This document shows, piece by piece, positions 45,794 to 56,486 of a stretch of DNA of 64,000 nt. The notes beneath the pieces were generated by a model, which was not told the origin of the DNA, did no database searches, and saw only the letters and a list, made by a program, of their open reading frames with translations. A program made the position numbers and the translations under genes. Source of the DNA: Tetramitus jugosus (taxonomy: Eukaryota; Protista; Heterolobosea); assembly GCA_937625935.1 (NCBI GenBank), contig OW569356.1:310001-374000 (forward strand), given 5' to 3'. The first letter of the stretch is position 1. Every line of letters begins with the position of its first letter.

Positions 45794-46675
45794 ATGACAA
45801 TCAAGGGCATATTGATTGGCGTTGATAGCTTAGTGGGTAATATGACCCATCTGAACTATCGAGCTTGGGACCAAGTATTGAAATCATACGGCTATGAATT
45901 GAGTTATGAAGAGTACCTACAGTTCTTCCTTCTCCAATTCAGCTCCCATGTGCTTGTGAACTTGTTTCCTTTCAATACGAGAGAAGAGCATGAAGAAATC
46001 AAGAAGAAGAAACAAGAAGCATTTATCGAGATGATTCTAGAGTTGAATTCAAAGGAGATTCATTTAGCAGAGGGGTTGATACCGTTCTTATCCGATGTAT
46101 TATGCTATGAGAAGGAAGTGACAATTGCTGCAATTACTGACTTATCTGTGACCGAAACCAAAGCTTTGTTGAAAAAAACGGGTCTGATAGATCTCTTTCA
46201 CTTGATATGCACCGGATATGGTCTGAAACGATGTAAACCTGATCCAATCATTTATGCTGTAGCTCTAAATCAAATCAAGTGTCAACCATCAGACGTGTGT
46301 GTATTCGAAGGATCAATGGAGGGCTGTATGTCCGCCAAACATGCAAGTATCTCCAACATCATTGGTGTGAGACCGAGTATTCCTCCATCGGTCCAAAACC
46401 GTGAACAACACATGAATGATGAAGTAATGAATATGATGAACCAGGGTGCCAAATGTGTGTTGAGATCTTTCAAAGATTGTCAATTTGATTGGATTGAAGG
46501 GATGATGCAAAACTCTTCGGAATCCATCTCTGAGCAGAGCTATTGTATTATTGATAGTGATATCGATGTTCACCACGAAGATCATCAGAATGGGGACATG
46601 ATTGCTCCTAATGAAAATGCAGAAGAAGTCAACGAAGAAGAAGCGACGATAATATTCGATGGCGTCGTGGAATGA
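45794..46675 (+). CDS. HAD-superfamily (beta-PGM/CbbY-like) protein with degenerate catalytic motifs
   Basis: HAD fold motifs AW...L, KPDPIIY and VCVFE-S...G..SAK.A are present, but motif I reads GVD and motif IV reads FEGS. Confidence 0.75.
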   Translation: MTIKGILIGVDSLVGNMTHLNYRAWDQVLKSYGYELSYEEYLQFFLLQFSSHVLVNLFPFNTREEHEEIKKKKQEAFIEMILELNSKEIHLAEGLIPFLSDVLCYEKEVTIAAITDLSVTETKALLKKTGLIDLFHLICTGYGLKRCKPDPIIYAVALNQIKCQPSDVCVFEGSMEGCMSAKHASISNIIGVRPSIPPSVQNREQHMNDEVMNMMNQGAKCVLRSFKDCQFDWIEGMMQNSSESISEQSYCIIDSDIDVHHEDHQNGDMIAPNENAEEVNEEEATIIFDGVVE

Positions 46676-46678
46676 CAT

Positions 46679-47836
46679 TTATGAATGCTCATGAATAAAG
46701 AAGTACACAACAAACACGACATGAATCGCCAACACAATTATCGGATTCCACACCAAAAGGTATCTCACGAGCTCTAACACTTGAATATAGATCTGTGAAT
46801 CGCTCTTCCATGGTTGCTTCACACGCTTTGAAGCATCACTAAACTCAATCTTTTCGTTACAAAATGGACAAACGTCCTTCTTTCCCACGAGCATCCATCC
46901 CTGTAGACAAAACTCATGAAACTTGTGACCACAAGCCAATGACCTCGTTGCTTGAGTGGTTGCTCTTGTCTTGTTATCCATTGTTGTTGAATGACTTCCC
47001 ATATTCATCATTCCTTCCACATCATCATCTTCAACATCACCCATACCATCATCAACTGCATTCACAATGGCATGATCATCACCACTGTCCACCACCACCA
47101 TACCTGTTGTTGCTCTCATTCCCATACTACTGCCCACCTGTGACGTCGCCTTCAATGGTAAGCTACAGACACCACACGTATGATCCATGACAGACTGAGA
47201 TAAATAGTATTGATTTCTTGACTTGTTCATAGAGTTGGACATGGCCTCTGCGCACATCTCTGCACAATCTCTGACCAGCACACCATAATACAATCCATAG
47301 AATAGCCAAACTGAAGGCACAGGGAACAAGAACTTCAACCAAGCAAAATCTCCGAGCACCGTACGGTGAAACCAGTTAAAAAATACTCCGCCACTCAAAA
47401 GCTCAATCAACAGAGAGACGAATCCAATCATTGTACTGGCATGACTAAGCTTATAAATCAACAGAAACCATGCATAGACCTTTTTCGGTGTGTTTTTCGC
47501 CAATTGTTTTTCAAACGAAAGCTTAAAGAGCCAAATTGTTACGGCGGAGTAAATGGTCCATAGGAGAATCATGCGGAGAAATGGAAACCAAGGATTGAAG
47601 AGAAGAATAAAGGAGATGGGGAAGATCCACATGAGTATAAATGTGGTAAAGACGTAGGATTTCCGATGAATTTTCTTCCAGTATTGAATTGCACATTGTA
47701 ATGAGAGAATCAGGATGAAAATGAAGAGGATGAAGACTGGTGGTACAATCTCTTGACCCACTGTTGGTTGTTGATTGATTTGTTGTTGTTGTTGATGGTG
47801 TATGGGTGGTGGTACGATTGCTTGTTGTTGTTCCAT
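46679..47836 (-). CDS. RNF121: RNF121/RNF175-like membrane RING-H2 E3 ligase
   Basis: TPKKVYAWF, LFYGLYYGVLVRDCAEMC, CGVC...LACGHKFHEFCLQGWMLVGKKDVCPFC, RYLLVWNP. Confidence 0.88.
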   Translation of the reverse strand: MEQQQAIVPPPIHHQQQQQINQQPTVGQEIVPPVFILFIFILILSLQCAIQYWKKIHRKSYVFTTFILMWIFPISFILLFNPWFPFLRMILLWTIYSAVTIWLFKLSFEKQLAKNTPKKVYAWFLLIYKLSHASTMIGFVSLLIELLSGGVFFNWFHRTVLGDFAWLKFLFPVPSVWLFYGLYYGVLVRDCAEMCAEAMSNSMNKSRNQYYLSQSVMDHTCGVCSLPLKATSQVGSSMGMRATTGMVVVDSGDDHAIVNAVDDGMGDVEDDDVEGMMNMGSHSTTMDNKTRATTQATRSLACGHKFHEFCLQGWMLVGKKDVCPFCNEKIEFSDASKRVKQPWKSDSQIYIQVLELVRYLLVWNPIIVLAIHVVFVVYFFIHEHS

Positions 47837-48013
47837 TTTTGTTGATTTTTGGCGGCAACCATCCTCTCCGCTGTAATTTTTTTGGAGGATGATCCGAAAA
47901 ACATGAACTCGCAAAAAAAAAAACAAGATCAACAAAAAAAGAAAAACAACAACAACAACAATACCAGGATTGTCAATCATATCAATCATATCAACCAACA
48001 ACAAACATTAATC

Positions 48014-48766
48014 ATGAACTTGTCCAACTTTACCTACTTTTGGTTCAGTCTACTCCACCTTCCCATATCCATCTCACTCATGATTCAACCCAAATTCATC
48101 ACATCCTACCTCTATCAAGCACCTCTGTACCTGCACGATGATCTCATGTTCCTATTGCTCGACGTGTCACGCATACTCGGTTGCTACCTCTTTTTCTTTG
48201 TTTGCTTCACCTTTTTCATGATTACTGTCAAGGACAGAAGAACGAGAAATGCGTTTCATTTGGCCATGTCTCTCAAATGTCTATCACTGTGTCTAGTCAT
48301 GCTGTTTGTTGTGCTGTTTAGTGATCATGTGTGGTTCCCCATTGGTAAATGGTTCCTCTTTTTTTATTATGGCTTTGGATTTTTGCTGTTTTCGACCTTG
48401 TTTTATTTTGAGAGGAGGAATCCGATTACGGCCAAGGAGGCTGCATTTGTGGCGAGTGAAGCAGTGAGTCATGCAGTCAAGGCTGCCACCTATCAACCAT
48501 CCATCCATAGTACTCCTACTCCACCATTATCGTCATCGTCATTCTCGCAACAACAATATGTACCTGCACCTTCTTCGGCTTCTTCGTCATCATTCATGGG
48601 TCAATATAGGCCACCAATGGATCAACAACAACAACAACAACAACCGCATTATCACCAAGCTTATTCATCATCGTTTGGCAATGACATGTCCATGGGAGGT
48701 GGTGGTGATGGTGGCAGCAGCAATGACATGGGAGGAGGCGGACTGACGAGAAGAAGAGTCGTGTAA
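48014..48766 (+). CDS. Four-TM membrane protein with a low-complexity C-terminal tail
   Basis: ATG at 48014, four hydrophobic segments, then an S/Q/G-rich tail. Confidence 0.65.
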   Translation: MNLSNFTYFWFSLLHLPISISLMIQPKFITSYLYQAPLYLHDDLMFLLLDVSRILGCYLFFFVCFTFFMITVKDRRTRNAFHLAMSLKCLSLCLVMLFVVLFSDHVWFPIGKWFLFFYYGFGFLLFSTLFYFERRNPITAKEAAFVASEAVSHAVKAATYQPSIHSTPTPPLSSSSFSQQQYVPAPSSASSSSFMGQYRPPMDQQQQQQQPHYHQAYSSSFGNDMSMGGGGDGGSSNDMGGGGLTRRRVV

Positions 48767-48905
48767 GAGCAGTCAAAATCAGTAGTTTAATCAACGGCAA
48801 ACAACAATTCAACAGAAAACGGACAATATCCATTTTTGTGTACCATAGGATCATTAATTTAAGCAAGATAATAAAATGATGCATGTAATAAGTTAGCCAT
48901 ATTTC

Positions 48906-49691
48906 TTAGAGTGGATTCAAAACGGATTGTTTGAGCTCTTTGACATTCTGCATGAATTCTGCATCAATTTCGTTCATTGTTGTTGCAGAGTCGACATGAT
49001 ACTTGTTCATTTGAGATTCAATCTCGTCGCAATACTCGACTGCTTTTGTCGACTGACCCAATCTCTTGTGGCAATCAGCCAATTGATAAATGGTTCTCAA
49101 CAACATTCGATCTTGATGTTCTCTCATTAATCTTTGTTCTTCCACTGCCCATTCTTCTTCTTCATTGTTGCTATTTTTGTTGTTGTTGGTTGAATGACGA
49201 CCTTGTTGTTGTTGTTGCTCTTCTAGCAGCGACTGTTCCTCTTTCATTTGTTGAATAATGAGCTCATATTGCTCAATAGCTGACTTGTATTGATGCAGGT
49301 GTTGATGGTGAATCGTGGCCACATTGATTCTCGCAGATAAATTGTCCGGCTGCAGTTCCAGAATTTCCTTGTAGCAAGAAATGGCGGGATGATAACGGCC
49401 CAATCGGAGAAGAGTTTGGGCTTTGGCAGTTAATTCTCCGAGTCGATGCACGTCCTTGAACATGTTCTTCATTTGTTGGGAAGTACTGACATTGGAGTGA
49501 TCAAAGTAGTCTTCCTTTGTAAAAACTTCTTGTTGTTCATCCTCGATTGTTGTTGCGTACATTTGTGTCGTTGTTGTTGTTGATCTTGCAAATAGTGGTA
49601 GAGTTGCGATCGATGGTCGAGTTGCGATCCATGTCCTTGCACAGGAGGTCCTGTTATGATGGTGCGTCAATGAAAAAAGTTGTCGAATCAT
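48906..49691 (-). CDS. Small TPR protein with a mitochondrial-type presequence
   Basis: LGRYHPAISCYKEILELQPDN and QLADCHKRLGQSTKAVEYC; Arg/Thr-rich N-terminus. Confidence 0.7.
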   Translation of the reverse strand: MIRQLFSLTHHHNRTSCARTWIATRPSIATLPLFARSTTTTTQMYATTIEDEQQEVFTKEDYFDHSNVSTSQQMKNMFKDVHRLGELTAKAQTLLRLGRYHPAISCYKEILELQPDNLSARINVATIHHQHLHQYKSAIEQYELIIQQMKEEQSLLEEQQQQQGRHSTNNNKNSNNEEEEWAVEEQRLMREHQDRMLLRTIYQLADCHKRLGQSTKAVEYCDEIESQMNKYHVDSATTMNEIDAEFMQNVKELKQSVLNPL

Positions 49692-49882
49692 TTTGTTTGG
49701 ATGCGTTTTATTGTGTTTGGTGAGTTGACGTTAAACTAAAATAAGAATCGATCATCTGGCGTCTAATGGAACCTTCGTTCCTTTCTATGAGACTCGAGAC
49801 TCACTCTGACAAGTGCAAATGATTGAAGAAGGCACAACACCTCCGTTCATCTCTTAACCGGAACCACCATACTATTTACTTA

Positions 49883-52800
49883 TTAACCGGGAACCACCGT
49901 GGAAATTACTCTGTAAATTTGTTCCTTTGAAACTGGTTTCGTGATGTACTGATTCATACCAGCTTCCTTTGCCATATCTGCGTGCAGTGATCGAGCATTG
50001 CCAGATATTCCTATGATTGGTGTTCTCTCAATATGCGAGCTCGTTTCGATCTCTCGTATCACTCTTGTGGCCTCCAGTCCATTCATAATCGGCATTTCAA
50101 TATCCATGAATATCTGATGAAGTATTGTAAGTGTTAGTTGGACTCATACTGAAAATGTTGACATTAAGAATGATGACTTACAACATCGAATGGATTGTGT
50201 ATCATTGTTTGGAACACATCACATGCTTCAGATCCATTGTTTGCTACTTGAACACTATGACCTCTCTGAGTCAAAAATCTCTTTAGAATAGTTTGGTTAA
50301 TTTTGTTGTCCTCCACAATTAGGACTTTCAATGGTCTTGTTTCTGATTCATCTTTCTCATTCTTGTTATCTTGTGGAACTGATACCTCGTTTCTCGTTTC
50401 AGGTGGCTTCTGACAGTAAACATAGAAAGATACTCTAGTTCCTTCTCCCTTCTTACTGTCAACCTTTATTTCACCGCCCATCAGCTCAATCAAGTGCTTG
50501 CTTATATACCTGAACAATGTCAATGAAGAGATTGTGTTAGTGGTTAGTGTTGAATGGTCATGAGAACATAATAAGGGAGACACCTACATGCCAAGACCTG
50601 ATCCACTGTACTCCTTTTCTGTTCTTGTTATTCCTTGTGTAAATCGATGAAACAAGTGCTCAATCTCCTTCTCAGGCATTCCTAGACCCGTATCCTCCAC
50701 ACAAAAAGAAAGTTTGATGTTATCTGAATTGTGCTCTGGTTGAACGTCAAGAGAGAGTGTGATAGTGCCCTCTGATGTAAACTTGACACTGTTCGACATC
50801 AAGTTTATGATCACTTGGCTTATTCGAGTTGAGTCTCCATACACACTTTTGTCCTGCTCTGGCATTTTCGTGATTAATTTGAGATGTTTGTTACTCACTT
50901 CGACTTCGAACATGGATACAATCGATGATATCATGAGGTTCGGATTGAATACTTTTCTATTCAATTGAACCATGTTCGATTCGAGTTTCGATAAAGTTAG
51001 GACATCATCTGTGATCGCTTTTTGGTGCGTAGTGCAAATATCAATCGATTTCAGTGCTTCTCTCATTTCCGCAATACTTTTTCTTCCCACTTCATTACTC
51101 AATCGATCGACAATAGTTCGGAGATGATCCAGGTTTCCATAAATTCCAAAGATTGGATTTCTAATTTCATGACAAATGGAATCGACAAACAACTCCAGGT
51201 TCTTCTTGTATGTTTCTGCATCCTCTGCTCTCTTTCTTTCGACTTCTGCAATCTTTTGTGCTGATTCGAGCCTGTCCTTGAATGATATTGCATTTTCCAG
51301 CGATATGGCCATTTGACTGGTCAGAATATTGAGAACAGTCATTCTATGCTCTGAAAACACATCCGAAATAAGATTGTTCTCCATGTACAATATTGCTAGT
51401 AACTTGTTCTGCAGAATAACAGGAGAACACAAGATCGACTTGCACTTATTCTGCACAATATAGGAGTTGGAGCCAAATTGAGGATCATCAATTGCACTTG
51501 ATAGTACAACAGTTTCATGGGTCGACTGTACATGGTTGATTACGTCACGACAACCATGTTCCCACATATTCAATGGTGTTGAGTGAAGAATTTGGTAGAC
51601 ATCATTGTCATCCGCCGTACGATACTCGGCTTCAATGCTACCATTGATAATAATGGCTCCTTTCTGTGCATGACCAATCTCGATAATGATCTTCATCACA
51701 TTGAACAATAATTGCTCAATATCGATTGTAGAAGATATGATTTGAGATGCCTTGATCACTCTATCCAAATCTAACAAGGCCAAGTTCACATTGGATGTCG
51801 ATGTTACACTAGTGTCAGTTGTCTGATACTGCAACATATCGGCAGGGGTTATATTTTCGAGAATTTCAGGGTAGACCTGAAGAATTTGTTCCAATTTCCA
51901 TGTCGCTCCCCACTTCTTGTACGATTCAAAAGCTCTTTTCAAGTAAATCCTCGCAATCTCTTCTCGATTGTTCTTCTTCCAGAATCGAAAGGCAAACTCT
52001 GCAGCAATCGCCTCATCGTGTGTAAACCCATTCTGAGCAGCATGAGAGATAGAGTCATCGTAACACCGAGCTGCTTCCCATTTATCACCTTTCATCCTTA
52101 GGTACTCAGCGAGCATCAGCTCATGCATGTGCTGGAAGTTTGAAGGGCAGTACTTCATCCAAAATTTCATTCGCTCCAAGCTCTGATCAATTCTTCTCCA
52201 TAGTTCATCAATTGTTGGAACAGGGTGGAGCAGTGACAGGCCCTCTTGTAGCTTATCTATAATGTTAAGGCAAACAAGAGTTGGATAGAAGGTCAGCCAA
52301 ACGTATATGTATTGATCTTTAACCATCTCAATTTTTTCAGCCTCAATAACGAACTGATAGGCAGTACTCCAACAATCACGGCTCTCGTCCAACACATATT
52401 GAAATATTTTAAAGGTATAGTAAATGTGGCGTGCATGAGACAAGTTGCTAGCATCTAGATCATGTACAAGCGTTTCTTCTGACGCATCAAGCTCACTCTT
52501 TGACAACTTACATCTTCGTCCTATCAGCTTGTGTAACAATAAAACCATAATCTTAAGTATATAATAAGGAGTAAGGTTATTGCTTTTCGAGACGAAGCGA
52601 TGATTTTTCGAATACGTTGCCAAAACATCATCAATAGGGGCTGAACAATAAAACATATTCAACGATATGTTCGCTTCGATGCACCCCGACCAAAATCGAT
52701 TCCCAGTTTGTTTTCCAGATTCGAGCGCCATAGAGCAATACTTTCGAGCATAGTTTTTGGGAAAGAACCAGTGGGCTCCGCAAGCTGCGAATGCATGATA

Positions 52801-55800
52801 TACGATGCACTTTTGAGCTGGGTTTCGTTCCGCGAGCTTTAATGCGATCATGAACAGTTCCTTGGCTATCATCATGTGTTTCATAGATTCGACAATAATC
52901 GCTCCGACACTAGCAAATGAATGTGGAGAAGTTGGAGCTTCTCCCTTCGCAAATGACATATTCACTGCTCTGAGAGAAAAGAGTCTGTAGAGACTACGAT
53001 TAGCCCAATACATTGACATAGTCATTGAGTTAGATACATCACAAATAGCTTTGCTCTTCGGGTCATCCATGGTTTTGATTGATTGCGTGACATAATTTAC
53101 TCTTGCATCCATATCTGGGATTATTGTACGATAGTGCTTAAGAGTGCGAAATAGTGTTTCTTGTTCTAGTTCTATCTCACGTTCCATTTCTTCTTCACTT
53201 TGAGGTATATACACTCCCATTTGACAAAGTGCTTCGATACCACATACAAGAGACTCTTCCAACTTCATCTGGGAGGTTAGAAAAGTGATTCTAACGCTCA
53301 GCACTTCAGCTATATCGATCATACATTTCGTTCTTTCCAATAGTAAATCAATCATCTTTGTTGAATCTGAGAATTTGTCATTGTAGAAGTAGGTGAGAGC
53401 AAGGTTCTTGTGTAAATTGAAGCAAAATGAATAATAATGCTCCCAAAGATAGTCCTCATCTCCAAGCATAGATAAGAGTCGAGCACTCGTGAGCAAATAC
53501 ATGAGCGCTGAGTGATACGCAATAGAATTGATCATCTTCAATGCAGCATAATAGTTCATTCGTGATAATTTGAATACTGTGGTCTCTTCTTTAAAATTTG
53601 GAATTCGATCAATTTCATCGAGAGAATGATTAAACTGATCTGTTATGTCACAAATATCATCACTTATCTCCTCAGGTTCTCTATTATCAAGGAGAATACA
53701 ACCAATTTTGAAGTGAATGACACCCTTCCTCTCCTTGGATATCTGGCTGTAGATGGCATCTTGCACCTTGTCATGAGAAAAACAGAAGTCATCCTCAAAC
53801 ACGAACGCCAACCCAGCGAAAAACGCTGGTTTCAATTGCTTGATAAGACTTTCAGACGATATCTGCAAATACTTCGCTAAATAACTCAATTGAAATGAAC
53901 ATCCAAAACAAGATGCAATCTTCAGTGTTTCAATTGTTTCCTCGTGAAATTTACCCAGTTTTTGAATTAAAAGATCAACTAAACTCGCTGTTGGAGGAAG
54001 GCTTCGAATATTTTCCATATCCCATTCCCAGCGAGTGGATTTTGTCAAGAAACCTGCATCATAGATTGATTGAATCAAACATTTCACAAAAAAGGGATTT
54101 CCCTCGGAGCGTGTATACACATGTTCTGCCAGTTCGGAAACTTCAAACTCTTTCAGATAAAGAAGATCTGCAAGCCATTCTTTGACATGCTCTAATGTCA
54201 AAGGATACAGGTGTATTGTTGTAATTCGAACATCAGAACGTTTTAACTCTTCAATCATTGATAACACCGGGTAGTTGTTATTGACTTCGGTGTCTCGATA
54301 ACTTCCAATGAAAACAAAGTGTTCCAAACCATCATTAGTGAGTAATATTTCGATAAGGTTTAAGCTCGCAGCATCAGCCCATTGGAGATCGTCAATGAAG
54401 AGAGTGAGAGTGCAATCTTTTGCAAACACACTCACAAAATTGGAAAATATGCTGTTGAATCTGAGTCTCGTTTCAGAAACACCCATAGACTGTACAGATG
54501 GTTGATCTCCAATCAGATTTTGGAGTTCAGGGATGATATTGATGACAAGTTGTCCATTAACTCCAAGAACAGAGAGAAGCTTATTTTTCCACATCGTCAA
54601 TCTGTCTTCCGGTTCAGTCAAAACTATCTGGATAAGCATCCGAAATGCTTGGCCAATGGCACTATATGCAACATTGCGATCCATTTGATCAAACTTACCA
54701 GACACAAAATAGCTATTTCCAGTCAATAATTGTCTCTGAACTTCATATATCAGCGAACTCTTGCCTATGCCTGAATTTCCAGCGACAAATATGGCCTCGG
54801 GTAATCCACTGACAGATACATGATGATATATGTGCGTAATTGCTCTTATTTCCTTCTCTCGCCCATAGAGATTAAAGAAGGGAAGAGGAAAATGATTTGA
54901 ACGATCTTCGGTTGCCAATTCAAAGAAGGGAATCGAAAACGAAGAGCGATAGCATCGTTGACACAACTCCAGATCGAACAATAACCCTCCACTGGACTGA
55001 TACCGTTCTGATGGATCCTTTTTCATCAATTTCATAATTATATCTGATATCATTTGAGGTATGAGCTTGTTGGACTTGGCACAAACTGAGATGGGTTCCT
55101 CTGGTTGTTTGGTGATGTGACAATGAATCAACCCCATGGGATCCAAATCAGAATCGAATGGTAATTGTCCAGTGATCATATGATAGAGGGTCACACCCAA
55201 GGAATAGATATCTGTTCGATAGTCGACACCTCTGTTCAACCGATATGTCTGCTCAGGCGAGATGTACGCGAGAGAAGAAATTGAGTTTGGTGCCTCAACC
55301 GTAGCCGCTCGAGTGTTCACACTCTGTGCTATGTCTCCCTTCATATATTGAGCCTGACTGAAATCAATCAGAGTCAATTTGTGAGAGTCCATATCAACAA
55401 CGATGTTCTCTGGTCGAATGTTCCTGTGTATTACATTGTGTAGATGAAGGGTGCCTATCGCTTTGGACAACTGAATAGCGTAGTTGAGGAATTGGAGCAC
55501 GCTGAGACCTCCTTCAGGTATAAGTTGCATCATTGATTGTGTTCCTGCATCTTCCATTATTATTGCTACCCTGTTCGTGGACATGGACAAGAGAAACTTT
55601 CGTGTCTCCATCTCTTCCTCTTGGAAGTCTGACGGGCTAACACCAGCGAACAATGAGGCGTTTTCGACCCAAAAGAGGGGCACAGTCAATCGAAACGATT
55701 GTAGCATATTGTAATGATAGACGACATGATTGGAATTGGGTCGTTCACTCACAATCTTGTTGATTTGATATTCTTTTCTCAGTATGTCCATGTTTCTCCC

Positions 55801-56259
55801 AAATTGCTCCAAAGATTTCATGTGTGCTTCCGCTTCTTCCGCTTTGTCATTTGTCAACAATCGAACTGTCATTGTTTTCATAATAAATGTTTTTTCACAT
55901 TCTCTGGCCTGAAGTGAATCTTGTGCTTGTTCTATTGATTGTGGACATGGAGATGAGGGTGGTGGCAAAGGCATTGACTGAGGTTCATCTTGAATTTCCG
56001 TCTCATCTAGGAATAGAACTCGCGACGTCTCAGGAGTCAATCGCTCTGGAATGACTCTATAGATGCTATAAGGTTCACTTCTCTGGACGATTTGAACAAT
56101 TTTGAAATGGTCCACCTGAGCTTCCATTGTTTCATCATCTGTTGGCCCTTGAAGAGATTCTTGGATAGATATCTTGACATTGTCAGGGTGAGAACATTCC
56201 ACCGTGACAGGAATGTATTGAGACAATATCTCAGATTGAGTTGGAGATGCTTCAGTCAT
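49883..56259 (-). CDS. Hybrid histidine kinase: S/T-kinase-like, STAND/AAA ATPase, helical, GAF, HisKA, HATPase and receiver domains; introns 50510-50587 and 50114-50181
   Basis: YISPEQT...DYRTDIYSLG; LYGREKE; GNSGIGKSS; LFIDDLQWAD; GAF ILYMENN; H-box ICHEIRNP; NLMSNSVKFT; DTGLGM; spliced GSGLGMYISK; receiver VEDNKIN...FMDIEMP...KPV. Confidence 0.93.
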
Positions 56260-56486
56260 TTATGATGATGAAGAATGATAACTGAAGTTTGTCGTTTGGA
56301 TCTGTGAGGGGTGCGATCGGAAGAGCGTGTTTTTTCGTTCCCGAAAATATTTTGCGGTCTGACCACATCAGGCTTAGGTCACATAAAGAACAAGTTTCTG
56401 AGCTAAATCAAGTCCGATCAAAAAAGGTCCACAGATTGTATTTTTTTGGAGAGTTATTCTTGATTTGATGCAAATTGATTCGCGAC

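Noticed and set aside
50584-50586. Premature stop suggesting a pseudogenised kinase or stop-codon readthrough
   Set aside because: The TAG lies within the GTAGGT donor of a 78-nt intron; splicing restores the frame.
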